NCBI GenBank assembly: GCA_047495785.1
Contig: JBLDXI010000019.1
Location: 3,348,001 to 3,412,000, forward strand
Reading direction: 5' to 3'
DNA length: 64,000 nt
DNA from: Lepidodermella squamata
Taxonomy: Eukaryota; Animalia; Gastrotricha
A program made the translations under genes and the position numbers. The notes below the pieces were generated by a model. The model did not search any database. It was not told the origin of the DNA and saw only the letters and a program-made list of their open reading frames with translations. Positions 1-13,597 of the stretch are shown piece after piece. Each line of letters starts with the position of its first letter. The stretch's first letter is position 1.

Positions 1-459
1 AGAAAATCACGCCGTACCCCTCTTTTATAGTAGACAATCGCGTTCAATGTGCTGGCAACTGATGCCATTAACGCTGCGAATGAGTACAGGAGGAACATTG
101 GCAACCTCTGTTCGATGGTTGTTTTCCCGAGATCGTGGTACCAGCCGATGAAGTAGGGTCTTGGTGCCGTATCGCCATTTTCACTAAAATTAGCGACAAT
201 CCATGATTTTCCGATGTTTTCCGAGGCTGAATAATTCATTCCGGTCAAATTAGTTCAAAAATTATTTGTGAGACGTTTCTAGTACTCTTTTTGTGCTACT
301 TTGAACCAAACTCTTAGAGGACCCCTGTGTCGTTCAAGCCTAAGACAGACCAAGTTCTGAGGGCGGTGGATCTATGACTAAATCAGCGACAGGGCCAGCC
401 TACAATTAGCTATATCATGCTGTTTCACACGTTACTCAAAAAAGCATGTGAACTTCTAA

Positions 460-2703
460 TCAGTGCTGACGATATTTATCTTCTAAATGTATAATTTGTC
501 CATCCGAGAACTGCGCTGCTATAGCCTGCAAGTTATGTCCTTCTGAATCAGCTATCAGCATTCATTCCAATAACTAATACAACAAAGCCAGATTCGCATT
601 AATCATCTCATCATTGATTGCCATTCGACCAGGGATGACTGCCAGGGTATCATCCTGCAATGGTGGTTTCAAAGATAACCCTTGATCACGGTTCATTTAT
701 TCATGAGTATAGCATTATCATAATGCATGCATTATTCATGATTAACCTCAGATAAAACATGTATCAACCGGAGCGTGATAGAACAATCAGAAATCTAACG
801 GGAATTTCTATAATTCAGCTTTCACCGAGCTGGGCGTCGAAGCAACAGGAAGACCATTTATTAGATTACTTGAAGTCGAGAAGGACAAATTACGCGTGCT
901 TGTACTTGCATGACTGTTGATAGGGCATCGTATGCTGATAATTTTACCGCCTGACGTTGTTCCAAAAGATTTCCCAAGCCCGGCCAGTACGATCATTTGA
1001 CCTTGGTGGAAAGGCGAAATTCGCATTGGTATCACAGTTTTGAGCTGCTCAAATAAGCCAAGCCGAACACTGATTGCGTCATCGGCTTGTAAATGCTGAC
1101 CTTCGGCATCTGCACTATATGATTTATGATTCCGGGGCATGGATTCGCCATGGCCAGCATAAAACTGAGGAATAAAAGTGAAATTAGATTTTGAGATGAT
1201 TGAGTTTTTCTTTGAATTTCGGCAAATATTAATTTGTTGGGAATTTTTGGGAATTTACCTGGATTCGCTGATTTCCGTTATCTGCTACCAGCAAATTTCC
1301 GACGCTATCGAAGCAGATTCCTTGAGGATTTTTGACATATCCTATCCTGTCACCAGAAACAGCCAACGATTGTGTTTTCACAACAGCAGCGCTCATTGCA
1401 GGACCAGGCAGGATTGGCGTGTAGTATTGAAGCGAAAATTTGACCATCTCAGAATTTCTTTTGTCTGTGACTATCAAGCTCGATCTTGCATTGCAGTGAG
1501 GGTCGGGAAGCAGGGCGCATTTGTATGGGACAGAAACGCGATTCACGGGGTTCATCGGGTTGAAAAGTGGCATGGTGATCTGGAGCAGAAGGACAGGATG
1601 ATGAGGGTAAGTCGACCAAACCGTCACGCCATCCTCACAACAGCAAAACAATAGGTACTTTGACGAATCGACTGATAACCCGTTGAAAGTGATCAAACTC
1701 GGGTAATCAAGCCTTGTCACATACGGCTTTATCACAGTGTACTCCTGGTTTCTGCTTCGACTTTCTAGCGACGCTTCGATGTTAGCTAGACGGGTGTAGA
1801 AGATACCTTCAAGCCGAATCGAGAAGAAAAACGTTCTCGTCAAGGTGTTTAAAGCGGCGTGGTTGATATTAGCGGGTACATATGGCAATGCCAGCTTAGG
1901 TTTTGAGAACTTTTCGCAAACAACTGGGCTTGGCGATTGGTTCGAGTTGAGGGAGGAGTAACTCGCCCCAACGTTATTGCCCAATTGATATCGTAAATTA
2001 CCTTGATAGGCCGATGCACTTGACGGTCTGCTTGATTCGTTGAAGGTTGGGGACGTGACTGTGGCGCTTGGGCTTGGCGGGCCTTCTAACGGGCTAACTA
2101 CTAGGCGAGTTTCCCAGACAACAAAAATGCGACTGCCGTCCTCGCTTACGTCCAACTTGAGCATTTCTCCGTCGTTGCAGATTGCGAAAGCTGCGGCGCG
2201 ATATGCGATAAGCTCCTTCACACGGGATTGAGTGACATAGATGGGTTCTTCGATAGGGGCCATCCATCGCCAATAGAAGAATGGATCGAATGATGAAAGC
2301 TCGTTCTACAGAAAGGGCAAATTATATCAGCTTTCATCATTTCCATCATGGGTGGGTAACCCTAAAGTCCATTAACCCTTGAAAATATTCCAGGACCCTT
2401 TGAAATCTGGAAATGATTGGGCCCAATGGAAAATCTTGGTCGGGTTTTTTCAGGATTCAATCATTCTGGATCAAGAATTCAAGTTCTAGGTGAAAGGATT
2501 AGCAAGGACAGGGAATCTTGTTTTGAACGATTATTTCTACAACGCAAATTATTTACCAGAATTTTCACGTGCCGCTCAGAAAGTGTAGCTTCAGTCGTTG
2601 ACCGGCGTTTCAATCGCTTCATTCCTCTGATGATTCGAGTCGTCCATGCTGTGAAATCTCGTTGCGTCTGTGCACTGTTCCGCCTCAAAGTAGTTGCATC
2701 CAT
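460..2703 (-). CDS. Multi-exon NHL-repeat (beta-propeller) protein; both ends uncertain, 3' part possibly disrupted
   Basis: ORF 1229-2263 contains the NHL motif PQGICFDSVGNLLVADNGNQRIQ. A GT-AG intron (~1166-1258) joins it to ORF 808-1140. A further NHL-like LIADSEGHNLQ ends at the stop at 460 but has an in-frame stop just upstream. ORF 2479-2703 is a possible first exon. Confidence 0.55.
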
Positions 2704-4981
2704 ATGGTGTTATTTTGTAAAAATCTCCGAGAGAAAAACTGTAATATGAGTGGAAAAGCGATCAAATTAATTCAGCAAAACAAACTCCGCCTCTATTCAT
2801 AGCTCTGCGAAAAAATTTGGCAAAAGCAAGCCATGGCACGAAAGCGTAATTTATGGTTGCCATAATGCAGTCGTGAAAGGCCTGAATCAGGGCCACGGGA
2901 GTTCGTTATATTTTTTGTCATTGAAAGAATGCGCGAACGCATCACCATGACACTACGCTTCTGTTTACGTCATTTTGAAAAGCAAAAAAGTGGGCGCTAC
3001 GGTGGGGCATGTCTTGAATAGAGTGCGCTTCAGCAAACATCTAATCGTTTTTGGCCCTTCACGTGGAAACGAGGATAAACAGTAACATCTAGCCTGGCTA
3101 CGAGATGCAGGAAACCTTTAAACATTTCAAGGTAGATTCAGTGATAACTGGATCAAAAAAGTTTTGCGGACAATTGAAAGTTTATGATTTTATGTATCCT
3201 TTGCTTGCTTGGATGATACTTTGACGCCTGCTGTAGTGAGCAACTCTGAGCCGCCGCACGCACGCACGAAATCGATAGACACGCAGGTGATTTCATAACG
3301 CGCGTGCAACTTTGCAGGCGTGTTGCAAGGCAACCGCACGTGTCTTACCCTTGTGCGGTTAATTAATATTTTAGCGCGTGTTTTTCTACTCACTCATTCA
3401 TAGTATTTTTGTTTCAATCGTAGGTATATCTGATCGCTTTACCTCGTGATGCCTTGCGTTACATCCGGCTTCTGGAAAACTCGGCTAATCCATTATTTAA
3501 AAGCTGATTGGGTGATTCATAAGCTGTTACAGGCTTGAGGCTTTGAAGGAAAGTCACTTCAAATAGCGCCTTGCTGAGAAGGTGAAATTGAATAAGCCTT
3601 TACTTCCAGATTTTGCGGTTCAAAGATTAGGCTTCGATAATTGATAAAACGGCCCTATTGCTGATGTATGGTCGATCAAGAACACATTTGCGTTAATTTG
3701 ACTTCCACTCTTTGAGAATATCAGTAATCGAGTTTCAATGTAATGAATAATATGAGAATAAAAGCATCAATCTCATGACGAGAATAGAATACGGATTGTT
3801 CTTTTCTTCGGAATTAATCAATTTCATCAATAAGAAAACTAATTACCAATTCCATGAGATATTGGAATTTTCAATTCAGTCGCTTAATATAGCAACGACT
3901 ATTTAGCATGTCTCTGAAGCCATGATAAACACTGACCCGTGAAATAACGATTGTCCCCTGGTTTCAGCAAGAGAAAGCCTGTCAGATATGCCACCCTGAA
4001 TCTGCTAAATTAGAATGCAAGGAATCACCTACGGAATCTCTCTAAAAAGTTGCTGGCCAAGGCTATCGAAGAGACGCGGCTGAGGTAGGGTTTCTAGAAA
4101 AACCCTGGCTATCTCTCATGAAGACTTACATTATACGCCGAGAAGACCTTGAAGCTGTTAATCTGTGACCTGATGTGCTACGCAAATGTGGAAATCCCTC
4201 CAAATTTACACCCATCCCACTTTTCTGTTCAAGAGATTCTGGATCAATAATACCGGCCTTATTATTGTTTTTGCACAGTGGTAGTATTGACTGGGTGCGC
4301 TTTTGCATATTGACCATAGCTATCGAAATTTCGCGAATATTCCATCTATTCAACGAATCTGCATTCAATAGCGCAATGAGAGTAAGATGCTCAACTTCGG
4401 AGCGCTGACAACCTTTTTAAATGTGGAACATCCATCCATAGGTTGCAATCGCACTCTGTAAATATCGCATCAATCATCTCACCTACGCGGAGATGTTTTT
4501 AATTAACTTGTTACGTATGCTCAATTATCGCTCTAATAGCCCGCTTTGCCGTCGACTTACACATTTCCCGACCGTTTCAGGTGTATGACTAATTTTCATT
4601 AGCATTATTACGTCCTTCCTCAGGTAACACAAGGCCCGGAAATTTACCGAAAATTTTCCAACCGCGATAAACAAACAAGAGCAGATTTGATGGAAATTTA
4701 CGCATGAATACTCTCGTTTTTTATTAAACGTATATAGTAAGGAACGTAGTAAGCTGACTAGACGTCAGGCTCTTCAAAAACGGGCACCAAATCATCACCT
4801 CATTTAGAATTTATTCAGTTTGAAACTGTTTTGTTTTATTGCGTTCGTCCAATTTTATTAGAACATTCCCACGCCTGTGATGCGCAAATTGAGATTGATG
4901 AGGCGAATCGAACGTCGTTCATTCTTTGGTTTTTAGGGTCCGCTGTTTAAAACTTTGATTTTACACGGCATTTCATTAAGA

Positions 4982-5501
4982 ATGTCGACGCCGTTTCACA
5001 CAACTTTCAACGATTTGGAAATGTTCTTCAAAAATCAAGTAACCAACTGTAAATCTATGATTGAAAAGGTGGGTCTACCTTGGTCTTTATTGGTCTACCT
5101 TGGTCTACATTGGTAAATTTTTATATTTTCTAGAATTTGGAGATTCCTCTCTTAGATGCTGAATACATGTATCTCCAACATATGAACAAGGTCGTCCGAC
5201 AGCGAAAAACTTACCTGAAGTACTACAAGCTGAAAAGAGAGCATAGGAAAGCGCTGCAGGAGGCTTACAAAGCTAACAAACTATCGCCATCAGATGGGCG
5301 TCTGCATACGTTTGCAGAGCAGCGATTCGAACAATTTCGTCAAATGAATAACCAAAAGTACCGCGGCCTTGTGCCTGTTTCACCTGCGAAATGCCAGTCC
5401 GAAGCTATTATTCGACTATTAAGGTCTTTGCACATGTGAGCTGATGTCATGTAACAATTTTCTTGAATGAAAAAGTTTGGTTTCCCTATTTTAGATGGTG
5501 A
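4982..5501 (+). CDS. Unnamed helical family, copy 1 (131 aa; exons 4982-5068, 5134-5435, 5495-5501)
   Basis: GT-AG introns keep the frame. Shares the family pattern AxxxYxxxM...Y(L/I/V)K..L...H...RL..FA..F....N.KY.G and the C-terminal IW*. Confidence 0.8.
5071..5114 (+). repeat. 10-bp tandem repeat (TGGTCTACCT-like, ~4 copies) in intron 1 of copy 1
   Basis: gggtctacct tggtctttat tggtctacct tggtctacat tggt. Confidence 0.85.
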
Positions 5502-6554
5502 CGCCCTTTTCAAATCTCGTCGAATCTTCTCTTCATTATCTTCCTTAATTTCGCGATTGGAACTTCAACTGGATGATTTATGATTTTATATTAAAGACAT
5601 GCGATTCTTCAAAAGTTATGGCGCATAATAACTTCATTGTTCCATTTTTAGCAAGTGGCTGAATATAATTTCCCCCGGTGAAATCATCCTGACGGTTCCT
5701 GTCCAAGTATTTTCTATAAAATAAATTTTCAGTTGATAAAGGATAAAGGCTCCATGATCCAGTCTCGCGTTATCGGGATTCACGAATTTGAAAAGCGTTT
5801 CTACGCTCATATTTTGATCTCAGCAGCATCTAGCATTAAATTTCTCCAAATCCTCTTTAAACTCTTGCAAAAATATATTCATCATCAATCATATTAGAGC
5901 ATCAATTCGATATGTCGCGGTTGATCAGATATTCTTTCCAACTTTGAATCAGGTTGATCCATTTTTGGCAAAATAACGCTGATTTTCAGCAATCAGGTTT
6001 CATCTGAATTACAAAAACTGAATTTCCTCGCATGTCTTTCGAAGTTCGTAGTGTGCGTCGGTTCTTACAACGGTTCTTGCAAATTGACGAATGCATAGAT
6101 ACAACCAGTCTGTTAGAGTGCAGCTGTACCATAAGGCAAGTCCGGGTCTCTGAGCCCATAATGTCGCGGCTATGAGCCTCTACACATATTTCCCTGGCTA
6201 AATAGACGAGGACGTAATTGGTGATTAAAATGTGTCGATGAGGAATTTAACCGAGAAATCTCTGCGCATGTAGAAATGTAGGCCCTCAAGAACCACAAAC
6301 CGGAAATCGAACTTCTGCAGATATGAGTCTTTTCGCTAATCCTTCAAAAAGCGATGCTATCAATTTGACCAATCTACATTGTATGGGCTCCAACTCGTCT
6401 CCGACCATCGTAATCCGGATAATGAGCCTCAACCCCGGGACAGTACTTCGTAATGAAGTCACTCATTGCCAGGTTATCGCATGTGGTTCAAAAACCTGCA
6501 GTAGGAACTAATACCTCACAAGCATCGACAAGTTCACTATAATAAAAATAGGAA

Positions 6555-7164
6555 ATGCCGAAAAATCGAGACTCAAAGCAGGGAGTCCAGTATATGGTCT
6601 CAAGTCTTATGGTTTTCGTCACTCGGCAGCTGTTCTTCACAAAATCTGACGACAGCGGCCTTTCAGCTCGGCTAATCCAAGCCGAGTCTTATTATTCGAA
6701 CCAAATGGATAATTACATGCGGCTAAAATCAAGATACATCAAGCATGCTAAGCTGGAACATGTTCATCGGAGATCGATCGCTGTTGCGAAACGGATATAT
6801 GACATTCCGATGGAGGACAATCGGTTAGAGACATTCGCGCAAAAGCAATTCACGTGCTACGAGTCGATGAATATTCAGCGGTATGGCGGTTGCTCGTTGA
6901 TGTTCGGCAGGCCCAACCAACAGCTTACAACTAAAACTAAAGTACTACGCAAACTTAGAATGTGAGTTCTTTTCGCTTCTCATCTATCAAGGGTCGGTGA
7001 ACAAAAATCAAGTATTTTCAAAATTTCAATAGATATTTAGCAGTAAGCTTTGTCTGAATCAAATTTCAGGAAATATTTACTTCGGGGGATGAGTGTATTT
7101 GTCTGCATTTTTACTAATGATCTATATATAAAGCTATTATCTCTTTAATACTTGCAGATGGTGA
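6555..7164 (+). CDS. Unnamed helical family, copy 2 (exons 6555-6961, 7158-7164)
   Basis: QAESYYSNQMDNY...YIKHAKLEHVH...RLETFAQKQF...NIQRYGG; the splice AT|gtgag...ttgcag|ATGGTGA gives RIW*. Confidence 0.8.
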
Positions 7165-7690
7165 GGAGGCTTCGACTCAGTCCACTGTCCGTTCTCTGCG
7201 ATAACATCTGGTTCCTGTTCATTCCTCTATAATAGCCGTCGTGTTCAATTTGCGAATAAAAATCTGAGAGTTATGAAAGTTCGCGGTTCTGATCTAAGAA
7301 AAGGCGGGCGGATATTGCGGGCTTGAAGTTCCGCTAATAAAGCATGTGACTTTTGGCTTGATCGCATTGATCTTGACAGAGTGAATACCTCCACTATATG
7401 CCTTCATATTCTCTCAAACAATGATACTTCGCAGCTGCTAAATTAATTCCATCCTCATCATTCCAGATTATCTTCACAATTCCATTGCATATACGCAAGA
7501 AGCCCTCGAATATGTCATCATTCAAGAAAATTAAATAAAAATCAGTAGGAATATACGCACTTACCTTTGCGTGAAACGTAAACACAGCATTGCGTATTAG
7601 GCCTTTAAAACTTTATATGCTTGTTCTGGAAATTTCGACCTTTTGCTTATTTCCAACTTTTTTCCAACCATGGGAAGGTTTTTTCAAGGA

Positions 7691-8348
7691 ATGTCTTTCC
7701 GGTCGACGAGATCGGTGAATTCTATTGTCAGCGGCAGCCTTCGAAAAACAGCTTCTGATTGTCAGTCTATGATAGCTAACCTCAGCAACAATGCCAATAA
7801 AAGTGTCCAGCGAAGCGAATCTTTAAATAAAGGCAAGAAAGAGGCGAAGGAAAATCTGACAAGCATAATGGCTGGTTTTGGCATGTTCATCAACCGACAA
7901 GTGGCCACAGCTAAAGCTCTCGCGATTAAAGGCTCGATCACCCCTCAAATGGAGGCTGAATTTCACTATCTCGACCGAATGAACGCCTCGCTGCAGGCCG
8001 CTAACGGTTACGTCAAGCATTCGAAACTGATAGAAATCCATCGATCGATAGTTCTTGAGTGCAAGTTGAATTACAGGTAAGCTTTTCATGATGATAATTA
8101 GTCATAATTAATCGATTTTTTCGATGACTCAGATTACCTAACCGCTGCCCTGAGTTTGACGTGTACTGTGCGCAGCAGTTCCCTTTCTATGAGCGTATGA
8201 ACGACTTGCGCTATAAGGGCCCGTTCGGTTCGCCAGCCCACGCTATACGTGCGAAGCGAAAACTTCTTCGCAAAGTTCACATGTATGAGAAAATTTATTG
8301 ATTTTTGTCAGCAAAAGCTTAGGTCATTTTCTTTCTTGTAGATGGTAA
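7691..8348 (+). CDS. Unnamed helical family, copy 3, N-terminally extended (exons 7691-8076, 8133-8282, 8342-8348; start may be 7670)
   Basis: EAEFHYLDRM...YVKHSKLIEIH; exon 2 reads FDVYCAQQFPFYERMNDLRYKGPFGSPA...LLRKVH; the terminal splice gives IW*. Confidence 0.8.
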
Positions 8349-8658
8349 CGAAGTCGAAGAGTCCGGTTCAGGTTTCAAGTAATCCAAGTTAATCCCTGTT
8401 GACTGATGATCAAACTATGTGTTTCAGTATTTTTGCGCTCGCAGGACAAAATAAAAAGACACTTTTTCGTGCTAAAATCTTAGACGGAAATTCTGAAGGA
8501 AACTGAACAATTTGAAAGCGTTTAGGACCTTGATGTTTGTCTTCTAAAAGTTCACGATAAGGAAGCAGTTCTAAGAATTTTACTTGTTCGAATACACCGG
8601 AAGAAAATTTCTAGCAAATCTATCACACGAATGTTTCTCGCATCAAGCGAATTCAAGT

Positions 8659-9471
8659 TCAAAGCCAATCTGGATGAATGATGAAATCCGTTGAGGTTCG
8701 GCGAACATTGTTGAAATGTGAGCCACGGCTCAGTGGTAAAATAGTCGAGACCTGCGGGTCCTCAAAATTCACGCCCTGCCTATCAGTCCAGACCCGCCCA
8801 TCCGGCAGGCGGCGGAAATCACCCAAATGATGCCAAGACGCGTACTGCCAGCGGTTTTTCCTCGTATTTGGGGTTAGCAGCCGTAGGAATTTCAACTTAG
8901 CAGCATCAGTGTTATCTTCCTTGCTCTCTTTTTCAGTTTTGTAGGTGTACGACTGATTTTCAATAGCTTTGGCCGCAGAGGGTTGCTTCTCCCGAGCCCA
9001 TTGCGGGTTTTGCAGTTTATCCATAAATTCTTTACCAGGCGCTGGCGTGGAGGGTGGACAGCCATTCCCGCCTAGCCAAGGCATTTTCGAGTCACTTGTG
9101 GGGGCGACTTGCTCCTTGGCCTTAGCTTGGTTTGTATACCATTTCAGCTCACGTTGCTGCTGTTGAGATTTCGGCGGAGTCTGTTGAGCGATTCTAGCCC
9201 CACATGTCGGACAGCATGCGTCTCCTGGCGGCCAGCAAATCGGTTGCTGCATTTGCTGGGTGAAGGAGTTAGGCCGTCTCCACGGGGCAGCAGCTGGTAT
9301 CTCCATTTTCTCGAATGTAACCGGGCAACTGCAAAATGCGCACTTCTTCCACTTCGCATATTGGGCTGATGAAAGAAAAATGCATTGTTGTATCGAATAA
9401 TGAACACAAATCAAACCATTTTTCAGCCGCTTGAGGTCTTTTTTAATGCCGGCTTCAAGAACTTCGTTCAT
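8659..9471 (-). CDS. Intronless hypothetical protein with CxxC motifs and Q/P-rich linker
   Basis: ~270-codon ORF from the first ATG (9471); motifs CAFCSC and CCPTCG; no family recognised. Confidence 0.55.
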   Translation of the reverse strand: MNEVLEAGIKKDLKRLKNGLICVHYSIQQCIFLSSAQYAKWKKCAFCSCPVTFEKMEIPAAAPWRRPNSFTQQMQQPICWPPGDACCPTCGARIAQQTPPKSQQQQRELKWYTNQAKAKEQVAPTSDSKMPWLGGNGCPPSTPAPGKEFMDKLQNPQWAREKQPSAAKAIENQSYTYKTEKESKEDNTDAAKLKFLRLLTPNTRKNRWQYASWHHLGDFRRLPDGRVWTDRQGVNFEDPQVSTILPLSRGSHFNNVRRTSTDFIIHPDWL

Positions 9472-11172
9472 GGTTAGTGGTCTGATAAAAAAATGAACTG
9501 GCTTATAATTCAAGCAGAATACAAGCAGAATCTTGTTTTCATCCGAACGTCTTTGAGAGCGTTTTCAGGGCGTGAAGTCTTGCCATGTCACCGTGGACAC
9601 GAGCGTTTTTGCTTTTCTATCTCAGAATTCTCAAAGGCGGCCTTTATGTCTTTATTTCTTTTGATGTTTATTTCTTTTTAATGGATAAATTTTTTTGCGG
9701 TAAGGTTTCGACACGCCCAACTGCGTCATAGTGCAGTTCAATAGGGTCGAGAAATCGTTTCACCTAATTAGCCACTGAAGCGAATAATGACGGCTTTCCT
9801 GAATTCTCAAGTAAATAAAGCAAATCTCGAATTATATCAAACTCATCGAATCCAAGTGAGCAATAATCCGAGCTAATGGCTGAGTTTCTCTAGGTTCTTC
9901 AATTTCGATTTTCAATGATATCGACTTCTAGCAAATGTCACCCTATTTCAGAGACGAGCATGTTGTAAAGATGAGTCTCCGTGACCTCGATACATTTTCA
10001 TTTCAGTGATTCAAAAAAATAATCCAAGCATAGCTTTTACTTTGATTAAAACTCCTACAAAATGTTCACTCACATGAGGCGAAAAGCCTATTAACCACGA
10101 ACCCGTGAATGAATATGGCGTCTGAAAGTAATAATTAATTAATTTAAACGAAGCATTAAATTCGCTTCGACAAATGAAGTTCCCAGCCAAATCCTGGATG
10201 ATCCGTCCTAATCTTCAAAAAATGCTTTATAAACAGCCCCGGGCGTGTGTAATCAACACATGCCACGTTTGCTAATCCCCAGAAAATTACAACAACCACA
10301 ATAGTAAGCTTTTGGCTCATTCACTATCGTGTCTGTTTATCTAAAAACGAAACATGTTTGATTTTCATCTGAAATGACATGGGTAGTGCACCAATTATTT
10401 ATATAAGTTTCCTAATAAATTAACCGTGACCAACTACACACAAGTTTCTGTCTCTTATAGTTTCATTCAACATACCAGAAGCTAATCTTCGTCGCACAAT
10501 TTTTTCCTCTAAATTTCTAGTTTTCCCTCGCTTGATGATTTCCAGAGTGTGAAGTAATCAGTAGGCGGCTGGAGAGGAAGGCGGAATTTAATAATTAGCA
10601 GGCAATTCAAGGATATCCAGGAAGTAAAGTGGCTGCGTTATTGCGTCAAAGTTCATCGAAAAGTGATATAACGTCTTGATTTTTCTAGACTAATAGCCTT
10701 TCGTAATTTTTTATTTCGCAAAAAACAACCGATAGTTACTAGAATGATCCCACTATTTCTTTCCGCCCATGATGCATTCGCTCTGCGGAGAGCGGCGGAA
10801 AATGTAGAGTCATATGATGTGATTTATCGCCGCTGCGGGCAATGTGAGTCATCATCAGAAGCTCCAGACGCTTCTATTTACCTTGCTCGTAGTGGCGGCC
10901 AGCGCAATTTGCTTCTGCGTCACCGGCCATCCGTGATCGCGAAGCAAATCGCATGATACTGGATTCGAGTGGCACATTAGTCGCGAGTAGGCTCTCTTAC
11001 TTCTGACACGGGGGGCAGGGCTTCCTGTTCGTGAGACAGGCGATATCCGCTGCGAATCAACGCTGATTGCCCATTAAAGAAAATCACTCGATTATGTTTT
11101 TCTCGCTCACATGATAATAATATACTTAACTTGATGATGTTTTTTCGCTCTAGATTTTTTTCCGAGAACAAA

Positions 11173-11626
11173 ATGACTAACGGGAGTCTGCACCAGGCTG
11201 TCAACGATTTGGCAGTGTTCCTATCTAAACAAATTCAGTCCTGCAAAACGCTGGTCGAGGACAACCTGGAATGGGAAGTTGTCCATGGCCAACAGCTTTA
11301 CAACCAGCGAATGACAGCCTATCTCACAGCGAATAAAGGGAAATACATCAAATACAGCGATTTAAAGGCCGAGCACCTTAGGGCGATCGCAGAGGCGAAG
11401 AAGCAAGCGAAAGTTGCGAACAACGACCAAAGGCTGAAAAAATTCGCCGACGAGCAATTCGTCGAATTTCGTAAGGCAAACGATGCGAAATATAAAGGAT
11501 TTTTCATGTCACCCGCCAAACCTTCGCCTCGCATCGTCGAACAAGCCTGTCACAAACTAAGAATGTTAGTTTTGAATTTTTTGAATTTTTCCTGGATTTA
11601 TTTGATTTTTTTCATCCAGATGGTGA
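11173..11626 (+). CDS. Unnamed helical family, copy 4 (exons 11173-11564, 11620-11626)
   Basis: LYNQRMTAY...YIKYSDLKAEH...RLKKFADEQF...NDAKYKGFFMSPA; the splice AT|gttag...ccag|ATGGTGA gives RIW*. Confidence 0.8.
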
Positions 11627-11968
11627 TTTTTGTTGATGGCATCTCTCACCTCACTCGTTTTGTCTCTCATTGAAACACCGGCTAAGTACGGCTCATATTG
11701 TGGATGAATAAACTCTGGTCAATTTATGTTGTCGCGTTTCTCACACCTACGAAACTTAATCCCGATGCCTTTTATCGTGTGTATGACATATCGTAAACCC
11801 GCCAACGCTTATTATTGAAATGTGTTAACAAAGCTGATGATTTTCTATTATATTTTGAAACTGAAAAATAAAACCTTACGGAAGAGACGCATGGCTAATT
11901 TTGGCTAATGAATCGCTCGAGTTGACAACAGCGTGAATTTCGGACATTTTTTATCTGTCTCAAATATT

Positions 11969-12247
11969 ATGCCGTATCTCCTAATCGAATCAACAGGGTT
12001 GAGATACCCACAGACACTGATTGGCGGCCATGAATCGGATGCAGCCTTGATGGCAGAATTAGGGGCCACTCGCGAGTCGACCTTCTTCGACGCGCCCTAT
12101 GTCTGCAATGAAGTCCCGGTTGTAGTTCTGGATAAATTGGAACAACTCGGCTACGTCGTTGTGTCACACAATGTTTGTCAATCGCTCGAAATTCCCGGAA
12201 AGCACCTATTTACGTGGACTCTTCATAAAAATCTGGACAAGAGCTAA
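11969..12247 (+). CDS. GCHFR: GTP cyclohydrolase I feedback regulatory protein (GFRP)-like, copy 1
   Basis: MPYLLI...TLIGGHESDAALMAELGA...PVVVLDKLEQLGYVVVS...WTLHK matches the GFRP pattern MPYLLIS...SDPELM..LGA...PRIVLDKLE..GFRVLS...WCLHK. Confidence 0.8.
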   Translation: MPYLLIESTGLRYPQTLIGGHESDAALMAELGATRESTFFDAPYVCNEVPVVVLDKLEQLGYVVVSHNVCQSLEIPGKHLFTWTLHKNLDKS

Positions 12248-12979
12248 TGATATTGTCACCGCTAATTGGAGGAAGCTGCATGTTGCAATTATATGTTTTG
12301 TCTTGACTGATGAGCGAATAAAATACATATCGACTTTTAATAGGGTGTGTTGTTATTCTTGCATTTTACTCCAATTCTTAGAGGAAGGCGGAATGAAAAA
12401 GGAAACATTGCGACTGAGAAAACTTCGAAATACCTAGGAATAAATTTATATAACACACCGAAAGAATTCTTCAATGGGGCTTTATAGACAAGTTCTTGTC
12501 ACTGCTTTCTCAGAAAAAATGAGCAGGTTTACGCAGGAAAATGACTAACATTCTATTTGCTTGTCACTATTCCAACGCTATGATGTTTTCACGTCAAAAT
12601 GGAACGCTATCTACCATCTGCCGCAACAAATTTGTGGAATATTTATCTTCGGGCCCAGCCCTTCAAGTTTGACCTCCTAATTGAGCTTATCATCCATCAT
12701 CCCTCTTCCTCTCATCAAATAACCAGGAAAAATGCGCAAGTGAAGCCCACACTGCGAACACAACGGAATTGTGTGGGTTGTGGGTTGTGTGGGTCTTTAC
12801 GATAAGATGCGATGCTAACTTTAACCTCAACTCGTTATCTCATGTATCGTATCTGAATACCTTTACAAATACCTTTGTTACACAACCCCATCCTACGACT
12901 CTCCCTCAAAAACCCCTTAAAAGGTCTATCACTTCACAATCAACTGCTGTGTTTTGCATTTTCTTCTTTGAAAGTTGAA

Positions 12980-13267
12980 ATGCCGCATCTGCTGGTCATT
13001 TGCTATACTGAGTCATCGATAATGCATGGGCCAACTACGATTACTGGTGGTGAAGGAACTAATTCAACATTAGGAATGGACCTTCGCAAAGTCGTAGGTG
13101 CGAAGCGGGACGATTGGCAATCAAAGGGAATCTATGAATCAACTGAACCGCCTGTTGTGATTTTAGACAAGCTCGAGAGCCTTGGCTACAACGTGACTTC
13201 ACAAACAAGTACGCAATATGCTGATGGCGGTTCTCGCTACATCTGGACGCTGCAGAAAAAGATCTGA
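12980..13267 (+). CDS. GFRP-like, copy 2
   Basis: MPHLLVI...GPTTITG...VGAKR...PPVVILDKLESLGYNVTS...WTLQK. Confidence 0.75.
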   Translation: MPHLLVICYTESSIMHGPTTITGGEGTNSTLGMDLRKVVGAKRDDWQSKGIYESTEPPVVILDKLESLGYNVTSQTSTQYADGGSRYIWTLQKKI

Positions 13268-13597
13268 GATTTTTGAAGAATTCGTAAACCTTGTTTGAAG
13301 CATTTCCTTCAATTCGCATGCATTGCGACAATGAAATAGTCGACGGAATTTTAGTATTGGAACATCGATTTAACATTCAACGCAATAAATGTCATTGTTT
13401 CGCATTTACTGCCAAATGATATAGTGCCGGGTGCCAGGTGGCGAGTAGCGAGTAAGACTAATTTAGCTGCGATAAGATTACAATATTTGGCAGCTTGATA
13501 TCGGGCAGAAATTTGTGAGATAAAGCGACGATGCCACGTTTTACTATGAAAGTCTAACTTACACAAGCAGAATTTAGTCCCCGAGTAATTCTTGCTG

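Noticed and set aside
3840-4600. Possible spliced minus-strand gene around ORF 4126-4368
   Set aside because: Splice-like signals exist, but I could not build a consistent open reading frame.
5616-6011. Minus-strand frame of ~130 codons interrupted only by TGA (possible recoding)
   Set aside because: Several such runs are expected by chance in 64 kb, the translation is unrecognisable, and TGA is used as a normal stop in nearby genes.
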